Assembly (NCBI GenBank): GCA_965649765.1
Contig: OZ287748.1
Location: 45,260,001-45,324,000, forward strand
DNA length: 64,000 nt
Origin: Bispira polyomma
Taxonomy: Eukaryota
Direction of reading: 5' to 3'
The position numbers and the translations under genes are program-made. Each line of letters opens with the position of its first letter. Position 1 is the first letter of the stretch. Shown here one piece after another: positions 12,127 through 22,269 of this stretch. Below the pieces are notes generated by a model. It saw nothing but the letters and a program-made list of their open reading frames with translations, was not told the DNA's origin and made no database searches.

Positions 12127-13153
12127 CAAAAAGACAAAGCACCCGGAGTAGCAAGCACTCTAGCTAGCACCCCAGCAAGAAGCCTATGATTTCCTAAAGG
12201 GCATTTATGCTAAAGCCTTAAATGGCACAAGTGGGTTTCACATTGTAAACCTGTGGGACCAATAATAAGTCTGTGATAGGCACTTTAAAGTTTGGTGTAC
12301 CCATTTGACCTTGCACAAGGGATGCAAGGTTAAATGTGACCAAAAGATTAGCATCCTAAGATTTCCTGTAGGTTGGTTTCACATCCCAAACCTCTACGAC
12401 CATGATTTTCTTAGGTTGGTTTGATATTCCAAATCTCTAGGACCAATAAGCACTTTTAAATTTGACTATCCTTAAGTTGGTGTCACATCTCAAAACTGTA
12501 GGACCAATAATAAGCGAGTTATAAGCACTTTTACATTTGGCTATCCTTGTTTGACCTTGAAGGAGGGGTCCAAGGTCAAACCTGACCACATTAGAAGACT
12601 CTCAGCCCATGATTTCCTATAGGTTGGTTTCACATCTCAAAGCTGTAGGACCAATAATAAGCGAGTTCTAAGCACTTTTAAGTTTAACTCCCCACGTCTG
12701 ACCTTGAAGGAGGGGCCCAAGGTCAAACCTTACCACATCAGAAGATTCCCAGCCCATGATTTCCTATAGGTTGGCTTCACATGCCAAATCTGTAGGACCA
12801 ATAATAAGGGAGATATAGGCACTTTTAAAGTCTGCTATGTGGGGTACTTTGGCACTCTGTGGATGACCTTAAATGAACTCTGTGGATGACCTTGAATGAA
12901 GAGCTTCAAAGTCAAATGTCTGCATGCTTGTAGAGGACATATATATCTGTTATACATATCACCTATGAAGAGATTCAACCTTCTAGTTACGAGAACAAGC
13001 CAGAAGAAAAAGATAGATAATTTTCAAAGAAATGCCCATGGCGGCCATCTTGTTTTTCAGAATGAGGCTAATTTCAGAAAATCTTTCTGCAGCAGCGGCG
13101 GCAGCATAGCCAACGCTAAACCAAAGTATCCACCTCAACGTTGGATACAATAA
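12127..13153 (+). mobile_element. Helentron-associated interspersed element (HINE/DINE-1/pearl-like) with internal 147-bp tandem repeats
   Basis: GGACCAATAATAAG recurs at 12501, 12648 and 12795 (period 147), with truncated or diverged units at 12256 and 12440. Each full unit has a TGACCTTG...CAAGGTCA palindrome. (GCG/GCA)n microsatellite near 13090. 3' hairpin GTATCCA-N9-TGGATAC followed by AATAA. Confidence 0.75.
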
Positions 13154-14920
13154 TCGAGAAAAACATATACATATACAAAGTTTAAAACTGAAAGGAAGTT
13201 ACACCAAAAACCCTTCCTATTAAAGGTTTAGCATTTAACACCTAAAGATTTTTTTCGAATAACTGTAACTCTGTTTTGAAGTCAAGTATTCTACTGTGAG
13301 ATGAATGACATAGGTGGTGGTAGTATATTTAAATTTTTTGTTACTTCTAAACCTTTTTTTCCAGTTTGTCTGAAGAAGTTCTTTGGTGTTTCTGCAAAGC
13401 ACTCTTCTCCCAGACCTTTTGTACATGTTTGTTCTCTTTTGGAGTGGTTCAGCTCTGTTTTGAAGTCAAGTATTCTACTGTGAAAGTATTAAGGGTTTCT
13501 GTAGAGGACAAGTTTACAGTTTAATAGGCCCAGCCACTTATATAACAAAACTTTTTTCTAATAGGCCATGGAAGTCAAAGAACTCATAAAAACAAGCCAC
13601 ATATAAAACTTCTGTGGACTAATATGTATAGTCAAGTATATATCAAACTGACATTTCTGAATACGTGTTACTTAAATTAGCAATATTGCTAATAGAACTG
13701 GATAGTTCCTCATATAATGGAAGCCTTCTTCCATACTAATTTACCATGCTTAATTTATTATATTTCTGTAGCTCTTACAATATTATAAGTGAAACATTAC
13801 CATAGTTATCAGATGTTTGTCTAAAATACTGGCTTCTTGTAAAAAATTCAAAATAATATGTATCACTTTAATTACCCTTTTGTGACAAGTTTTGGTGTCA
13901 AATTGACACCTTTTTTACAGTTAACAAGCATTTTTAAACAAGCATACCATATTTTAATATAGGTAATTATCATAGTATGTCTATCAAAAACCAACAAAAT
14001 CATATTCTAAACATATTGAATTGGATAAATTAAAGAACGAAATACTTGTTTACTCACAAAAGCTATAAACTATTTTCTACATTGAAAATATATAAATTAA
14101 AACTATATTTCTAAAACTTAAAAAAAAAAAAATATTTTCTTATTATCTTTTTAAGCACACACCCGAAGCCAATTTAGAATAGAAGTGTATATATATATTA
14201 TTTGTGATTGGTGTGGTTAGTAGAAAATGAACAACAAAAGAACCTGACCTAAACATCTGATAATTTGTCTGTTTCCATATGACCGTCACTTTTATTGGCA
14301 CTGTTTATGTGCTGGTCTCTCCTTGCCAAACAAGCACGTTTATATTAAGGTTATTTATTTCCCTTTTTTAAAAAACTTAAATGATATTCAAAACAAGACA
14401 ACAAACAAAACAACTCACGTGAATCGTGAGATTTCATAAATTTGAATATTCACGAATTCATAAAAGAAATATTCAAAATATGTATGTATGTTTTAAGCAG
14501 GATGACATTAGTGTGGACTTTTGTCACGTGGTTCCAATGTACAATACATTAACCATAGATCACAATGCTTCACCTACCAGGACCTAGTTGTATACTTAAG
14601 CTCATGTTAAATCTCGAATATAACATAAGAATAGAGATTTCCCAATTATTGGGAATAACTTGGACATGTTACCATTCATTTTATCAGAGCTTTCAGTGAG
14701 GAAGTCGAATATATAACCAGATTTTAGATATCTCTGTGGTGCACAAATATTAAAAACAAAATTACTGTTATTTTTCTTTTTACTATAATTGTATATATAT
14801 ATATATATAAACTTGTCATATGTTTTTCTGTCTAAATAAAATCAAGTGTAGTTATGACAACAATCTCGTAGCAATAATTAATAAGTATGTTAAAGTAACA
14901 GTCAGAAATAAATTACAATA

Positions 14921-15578
14921 TGCATTCTCCTCTAAATATAATTATAAAGCAAATTTTTATCCGCCGATGTCAGTCGACGTCGGCCGATATAAACATTTTA
15001 CAAGTTCTTATTTGATATAACCAAGCGCTTCCTTACAGCATATTTGCAATAGATCAGATCAGACATCGGACAACGACAGTTGGGCCAACAGATTTTATCC
15101 GTCAGGGAGCGAAAAAAATCAGGAGGACTGTTCGATTTTTGAAACAAAAATGGCTACAAAAACACGGTCATAGTGTAGTGCAGACCGTTTTCGGGGTATA
15201 GATGGTAGAAACACAAGTATATGCTGGAAGATACTTCTCATTGCCTGGATCTAACTGGTACAGGTAATTTTTACTACAATAGGTCTAGTTTCCATTCTAT
15301 ATATACTCAATATTCGTCGGGTGTTGATTTTAAAAATAGCATGAGAAATCTTATTTTATTGTGATTACTGTGCTTATTTCCCCAACAAAATCCGTTGAGT
15401 AAGAGCTGAGATATTTAAGCTTATAGCTAGGTACCCCTTGAAACTTCCCCTTTTACTGTGAATGGCACGTCACAGCAACGTCATAATGAAGCACTTGGTA
15501 GAATTGTGTAATGAACGAAAAAAAAAAAAAAAATCGGCCGATGCCGGCCCCGGTAAAAACATGCTGAAAGGAAGTGTA
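14921..15578. mobile_element. Probable non-autonomous DNA element with degenerate subterminal inverted repeats
   Basis: GTCGACGTCGGCCGAT (14973-14988) versus ATCGGCCGATGCCGGC (15533-15548). CpG-rich relative to flanks. Shares an approximately 70-bp module with 30141-30208. Confidence 0.4.
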
Positions 15579-16784
15579 GGCTATCATGCCTCCTAAAGCT
15601 ACATGATCTACCATTAACAAATCATAGCAGTACCACCCTCCTACTGGGTTGTCCAACTTTAACATACACGTACTGAGAAAGTATGTCTACCAAAACACAT
15701 CAGATAGTTAAGTCAGACACTTTTCCTTAACTTCACGATGCCAATAACAGTCAATAAGTGCAAAATACAATAACCTTTAATGTTTCAATAATGGAGTTAT
15801 TAAAGTATTATTGGGAAAATTAAACAAAGTGGTCATTCCTTGTCCAATACTAGTATTAAAAATTTTATTATAGAATTCAATCAACAAGAAAAATCAGTTA
15901 AATTGAAGAATTAGCTTATCGAAAGTTTTATTTCTAATTTCAATGGATTGAAAATCAAAAACAAAACAATAGGTGGTAGGACAAACAGCCTGTTTCATTC
16001 TAAAGGTCAAAGCTATGAAAACCATTGATTAGAAATAGACAGGTAGCTCTTATTGAATCTGTTAAATTGGATTATTGTTTGTTTGGAAAAATATGTCCCA
16101 CATATAGTTTTATGGTTCCTACTGTTTTGCATGTCAGACCACCTTTGTCATTTGTGTCCAAAACAATCTAACCATTTACCCTAGACCTCAAGGTAAGCAC
16201 CACCACCTCAATAAGTCTATCAATACACTTTTAACATGTGTGAACTATTTAACATTGGCAAAACCATTCCCTGAAACAGTTTTATTGGCCATATATTTTG
16301 AGTCATGCAAGTTGACAGTTACAGCTGATTCCAATGAGTCTTAATAAAACAATTCCACAAAAATGAAATTGGCAGGATGGAACCAGCTGCAGAAACTCTT
16401 TGACAGATAAATCTTAATAAACCAATTAGAGACTCAATATGATTAACATATGGTGGTCCCCTTTCCTCCCATTGTCTAAAATCGAAGGTCTCAAATATGT
16501 ATATATATAAGGAGCTAGTTATCCCATACCCAGTTGTGGAGATTCTTTTGCCTAGGCACTACTCGGCTGTTCAGTAAATTCTTGTAAAGAATAAAGTCTT
16601 AAGATTAGTCTTAGGATTAGTTTAACATTTAGTTTCTGGATATAAAACTTGTTTTGGTAAGTAAAAACTTAAAACAGCTATACTTGTATAAATCTAATTT
16701 AAGTTCTTTAATTAAACTGAAAAGAAAATACTTGCAAAATTTGTTGTTGTTTTTGACTAAAAGTAAATTCACATCTATTTAAAC

Positions 16785-17733
16785 ATGTTTCAGGAAATAA
16801 TTTCATTACCAGATTTCGTATCTGCTGACATTAAGTTGAGATTGCCAACTGGGGGGGGGGGGGGGGGGGGGCTTACAAGATCTCTTCCTGTTAAGTACTT
16901 GCTCTTTTATTCAGATTTGGCAATCCAAAAGTTTCAGTTGGGAAATCTACTGGATCCACAAGGTAGTGTAGATAATGATAACATAGTGACCTTTGAATAT
17001 CCTGCACAAATTTTGGATAGGAATGGCCTCCACAAAGATATGTTACGTTTTACAGCTGAATCTTTGACTGTTGTGTTTCACCTTATTTCTGGGCAATATC
17101 CTAGGAGTGAGTAACCTGACCTGGTTGATATAGTAAGTGTATGTACACATGTATGCCGCTTGCGAAGTGCAATTTATGGCCCCCTCTGACGCCCCCCTCT
17201 CCCCCCACGCCGCCCCCCCCTCCCCTTACTATTGAATTATCACCTTAAACAGTGCGATTTTATATTATCATCCGATTTTTTCGGTCCTGGAGCGAAAAGT
17301 TCGCATTCGGAAGCCGCAAATCGTGAGTCGCAATTCGCAGTCTGATACATGTGAACAAATAAACAAAATATATGAGGAGAGAAAAAATTGCAGCCGCAAA
17401 TCGGACGTCTGATGTCGCAAGCCGCTTACATGTGTACATACATTTTGGGCTGCCATTTATATGCAGTTCACAACAGGGATAACATTTTTGAATTTGACCA
17501 CTTGGGTGAACAGAGTTACCAGGTCTCAATGGGCAAATATTGTCTACATCCTGTCCTACCCGTATGGGGAAAACCCATACTACGGCGCATATTATGTCAT
17601 ACCATGGGTCATGGAAACCATTTTCAAACAGTTTTACGTAGATATTTACGAGTTGTCTCTACCACAGATTTTATGGGAATGGGCTGTGTCGTCTTCATAT
17701 CAGCTCAACTTTGGCCTTTCTGATGATGAATGA
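16785..17733 (+). pseudogene. About 214-codon unknown gene split by a MITE, one internal stop
   Basis: Excising 17137-17443 joins ORF 16785 to ORF 17461 in frame: ...GQYPRSE*PDLVDIVIWAAIYMQFTTG...NFGLSDDE*. ATG start. Poly-G tract at about 16850-16871. Confidence 0.5.
17137..17443 (-). mobile_element. PIF/Harbinger (Tourist-like) MITE, family H1, copy 1
   Basis: About 27-bp TIR GTGTATGTACACATGTA(T/A)GC(C/G)GCTTGCGA. Reverse-complement match to 36126-36429 along its length. TAA on the left flank. Confidence 0.9.
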
Positions 17734-18258
17734 AAAAAACAATGAGATATTACGGCAATTTCGCAGGGAATTTATGAGTCAATATTTTGATAACCTAAAA
17801 ATTAGGAACACGTCCCAGAGGTGTTACCCAGTACGATGTTCTTCTTGTGAGTATGAGTACCTTCAGACACCAACAATAAGGGATGCCAGAATAGGAGTAC
17901 AGCTGTGCTGTTACAACAGGTCACTGTATATGATTTACTACATTCCTGTACCCCCTGTATCTGTCAATTTTGACAAGACCTGGGTTGGGGTGAAGGTTGT
18001 TATAAGGCCATAGATACAGCTGTGCTGTTACAACAGGTCACTGTATATGATTTGCTACATTCCTGTCCCCACTGTATCTGCCAATTTTGACCATGCCTGG
18101 GTTGGGGTGAAGGTTGTTATAAGGCCATAGATGCAGTGGAGTTGGCACAAACCAAATTTGATTTTCCTGGGAGATTTACTGAAGCGACTTTTGCGAGCTC
18201 TGATCCTATGGATTGCTTGATGCCCCAGATTTTTAAACTAGATCTCCCAATTTTGTAA
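17723..18258 (+). pseudogene. Unknown Cys-containing gene remnant with an internal 117-bp duplication and a frameshift
   Basis: MMNEKNNEILRQFRREFMSQYFDNL...CYPVRCSSCEYEY, continuing in another frame as ...VYDLLHSCPHCICQF*PCLGWGEGCYKAIDAVELAQTKFDFPGRF...LPIL*. The start overlaps the stop of the upstream gene. Confidence 0.4.
17898..18131. repeat. 117-bp tandem duplication
   Basis: TACAGCTGTGCTGTTACAACAGGTCAC...ATAAGGCCATAGA at 17898 and 18015, with only a few substitutions. Confidence 0.95.
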
Positions 18259-18846
18259 TGGGCTTAGTAGCCAATTAATCCCCTTATCATTTTTACTATA
18301 TTGGTATTGTCAACGAGTTGTAATATCAAACTTTTGTTTTTCCAATTAAAATTAAAATAAATTCTTGCAGCCTTCAAATTCGATAGAGAAAGTGTAAATA
18401 AAATGTAGCCTTAAAACTTTCAAGAAAAAGCCAATAATGAAAGAATCTCCACTTAAAAATAAAAATAACCATCAGAATTTTGGTTACTTTTAAATCAAAT
18501 ATTGTATGTGAATTGTGAAAACAGAAAATGGAACCAGCAAATAATAATGCCAGGAAATAAGACTGTGTTTATGCAACTTATGAGCTTTGTGTTTGACAGA
18601 TAGTACATGGAAAGACTGAATATTGATCCGGGATATTGTCATGAATTTATTCATGGTCATAATTCTGTTTACGAACTACACAAAATTGATGGTGCTCAAT
18701 ACGGAACGATACGATTGTTTTAAGTTTTTGTGACCCCAGGAACTGATATCAGCAAATTTATGACCGAGATCCAAGATTATGATCCAGAGAATGCTGAGAC
18801 AAGGCATTGACTTTATAACAATTCTTTAGTTTGTCATTGTAGAACT

Positions 18847-19245
18847 GTGGAGAATTATAACAACATAACCTCCAATAATAGCCCCACTGAATTGACTCAT
18901 GCTGCCAATCTGACACCACATATATGGAGGCCTTGGGTTCAAAGGACTACTCATGCGGAACCTGGTGTTCCAACTGGATCCACAAGTGTCTTAAGCCAAC
19001 AACAGGGAGCCAATAACAACAATACGTCACATCAGAGACACCACCCGTACTTTAGTGACTCACTCTCTAACAGCAGGCTGTGTGCTATCAGCCAAGTGTC
19101 TCCTCCACAGTATGCTCGATGCAATGCTCTTGCAACTACTACAGATGTATTCGTAATATTGCCAGAGGGAGCAGTGTTGTTCGACCCTCAGAGGACACCT
19201 AAGGTTACAATACCGATACTTTGTTTCTTGCCAATCGATACCTAA
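18847..19245 (+). CDS. Hypothetical ORF or exon with WRPW and RHHPY motifs
   Basis: Longest ORF in the window (132 codons). No ATG start, but preceded by an acceptor-like TTGTCATTGTAG (ends 18842). WRPW at 18925-18936 in an N/S/T/Q-rich low-complexity context. Confidence 0.35.
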   Translation: MENYNNITSNNSPTELTHAANLTPHIWRPWVQRTTHAEPGVPTGSTSVLSQQQGANNNNTSHQRHHPYFSDSLSNSRLCAISQVSPPQYARCNALATTTDVFVILPEGAVLFDPQRTPKVTIPILCFLPIDT

Positions 19246-21454
19246 TCACATCTACAGTGTACCAATCTCATGTTGTGTACAAGCTAGTGAGGCAGTATCT
19301 TGTCAGTCGAAAAATAGTGCAGAATTAAAATGACATTTTAAACTGATTGGTTAATAATTCAATGCCTTATGTATATCAGATTGCAGCGAGGAATAATTGA
19401 AAAAAAATTTTTTTTAAAGAATATTCTTTATGTCAATTTAAAATGTATCATGCCTGATGTTTAAAAATGAAAAATGTGACACCATTTTATTAATAGTCGA
19501 TTTTAATAACTATGTCATGTCACTTATTATGTCTTAATAATACCACTATATATTTACGTATGTGTGTAAACTGGGAAGTGCATATCAAGGGATATTATTA
19601 TTTGTTTTTTCTCATGTATGGTCTACTCAAATTGAATGTATCCAAGGTGTTTGTTATGATATTTAATTCAAAGAGTGACAAGTGTAATGTCAGCTGACCT
19701 TAAAGCAGTTGTACTGATCCACTGTCTTTATTTTGGACCTAGATAAAAATAATTCTCGGTTAGTTCATTTGAACCTGGATAAAAAGGATTATGAGCTAGT
19801 TGATGTTATGACTCAAACAATTGTTTAAATTGGACAATTTAAGATTACAAAAAAAAAAATTACTACTGGTTAGAGATTAAAAAAGCAGGTTATGATCTGA
19901 AAACAACTGCCGGATTTATTAATGTTCTAGTTGTGTATTCACGGGTAAAAGGTTTACATGTTTATTACTGTATGTTTGTTTATATTACTTGAAAGGAGTA
20001 CTGTATGAGGCTAGACCTCCGAGTATAATGACGTATTCAAGTATTGTTATAATATGTATAATGATATGTACCAGTATTGTTTAAAAATGTATTAACTGTA
20101 CAGGGAACTAAGAGTTTTGTGATTTCTTTTATTTTTTGAAGTGTGGGGTCCAAACTTGGAAAAGCCCAAAGAAATTATTAATAACAAAATTACTGTTATT
20201 TTCTTTTTACTAAAATTGTCTTTATGACAGCTCTGTTAATAGATACAAGTATCTGCTTCTCTGAACAATACCCATCCAAGGTTTATTATGTTTCATCAGA
20301 GATTGTTTCAGAAATTGTTTTATTTAAATTAAGTCTCTATGACATATCCTTAAGGGATATCTTTGTGGATATTGAAAAAGCAATAGAAGTATCTTTCGAT
20401 AGATAACTTGACTAAACCGCTCTCTGTTATATGCCATTAATAATTCAAGTATGAAATGGAACTATGTCTGGTGGGCTCAAAATTGTCGAGAATGTTACAA
20501 GTCCAAATATTATAAGTTTCTAATAAAAGCCCCTGTACAACGGACAATATATCTCTATGTCCAGATCTTGAAATGCAAGCATAAAACAGAAGAATATTGA
20601 TTCTCTCAGTATATATACGTTTGCAGCTTACAGCTGTGGCCAGTTCTGACATCAGCTTGATATAGATATTATAAACTGCCTTCAAAATACTTAGAATATT
20701 TTCTATCTTGTGGACTCAGTGATATTTTCAGCCTTTTTTAAATTATTGACTGGACACTTTGAAAGCCTGGCACATTTCAATAGATACAACAGTATATTTA
20801 TAATATTGATTACAGAAAGAAAGTATAATGATTTGGACATTAAAATATAGTAAATAACCTTTAACAATTAAAATAATGAAAACGTTATTGGAATTTATGG
20901 AATTTACAATTGTTTACTCATTACAATAAACATATATTTTAAGTTCATTGCTGACTTTTTTATTTAAATAACGTTTGTCCATCCTTCTCAAAAAGGGGTA
21001 GGGGTTTTATCCAATCAGCGTTTAGTCCTAGATTCCTAGCTAAAGTTGCGTTCATTGTTAGATCACCCCAACCCTATCTCGAACAGCAAATTTAATAAGC
21101 GGAAAGACAAATTACAGTACTTTACCGCCTACTATACCGCCAATATGTGAACGGGGCGTAAACTTGGCTCGCAACAAATTAAACTGAATTATCACATTTC
21201 CCGATAAAAGACTGTTATAATGATGCTGATTATTAATGCAGGTGTTGTTACCCATAATTACAAACCTTCTGGACGTACCATTTTACATTGCATTAAATTT
21301 TTAGTTAATGTACTCTAATACTAAATGTTTTAAATACATTCGAATGAAAACAAGTTTTTTTTTTGTATTTGTTTTGGCATATTATATATACAAATACACA
21401 CTATAAACATTACACCAAAGCTTTACAAAAGGACAAAGACAGACAAACTGAGGT

Positions 21455-21705
21455 TTTGAATTTGGATATTTAACGTCCACCCTAGTACCTTTTAGTAGGG
21501 TATATTGGGACGGGTAGTTGGAAACGCTGGAGGAAACACTGCATACAGTCGGTCAAGGTTCTGCAGAGAAACCAGCGGCCCACAGTAAGGAACTACCACC
21601 TTTCCCACATAGGCATCGACGGGATTCGAACTCACGCCGCCCAGAGGTGAGAGACCAGTGATTGTGAAGCGCAATGCTTGCTAACCACTAGGCCACCGCG
21701 GCCCC
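21455..21705 (-). mobile_element. Young tRNA-derived SINE, family A, copy 1
   Basis: A-box TGGCCTAGTGG, B-box GTTCGAATCC, (AAATTC)-type tail. Imperfect TSD GACAAACTGAGGT / GACAAACGAAGGT. Closely similar to three other copies. Confidence 0.92.
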
Positions 21706-22269
21706 GACAAACGAAGGTAAAACAGTACTACAGATAATACTATGACAACAGTTACTGTGGCCAAATTATGCAGAACTTTAACAAACCATAGTCATATGAA
21801 TGACAGGTGAAAAAAAAAAAAGTTAAAAAAAAATAAAAGAACATTCAAGGCAGTAAAGAACACTTACACAGAAAATTCCCTTTTTTCAAAAACCACAGAC
21901 AAAATTAATTGAAAGGTATACATTACATAAATGTTCATGAACCACTGTAGACAACGTGCATGTTTCTGTCAACATCAAAAGAACTAGATGGATTTTGTAA
22001 GTCTTTTTTTCACCCTACTAGCAGAAACATCAAAGGCATAGTAGATACATTTCATTTTTCATCATGTCATATACAAAAAAAGCCTGTCTAGAGATAAGAT
22101 ACTAGACTCCCATTTTTCATGAAATTAGTAATGAATTGCCCCCCATTCTTACTGAAAGTGTATATGTGTACACAAACAGGTAATAAAGTAGAAGATTAGG
22201 ATTTCAATTTTGTCAGGGGCCTACATTACATAAAGGCTTCCTAACCTTGTGTTGGAGGGCACATAGCAG

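Larger units (their letters stand above)
13200..20850. other. Decayed compact array of protein-like frames (putative endogenous DNA virus or Polinton-like cargo)
   Basis: Near-continuous protein-like frames broken by stops and frameshifts. Minus-strand frames lie left of about 16600 and plus-strand frames from 16785. Short AT-rich spacers and an overlapping stop/start at 17723-17733. No hallmark gene recognised. Confidence 0.4.

Noticed and set aside
12180-12830. CRISPR-like repeat array
   Set aside because: Units are whole 147-bp tandem monomers without unique spacers, there are no cas genes, and the context is eukaryotic.
18847-19245. Assignment as a Ripply/Bowline or HES gene
   Set aside because: Only WRPW is present. 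No Bowline domain or bHLH/Orange domain is visible, so no gene symbol is given.
13150-21350. Firm Polinton/Maverick call
   Set aside because: No AGT-repeat terminal inverted repeats, 6-bp TSD or core genes were recognised. Kept only as a hypothesis.
21640-21705. tRNA gene-like sequences at SINE 5' ends (also 31568, 37470, 46265, 58771)
   Set aside because: A/B boxes are present, but spacing is extended, there is no complete cloverleaf, and they run into shared SINE bodies with TSDs.
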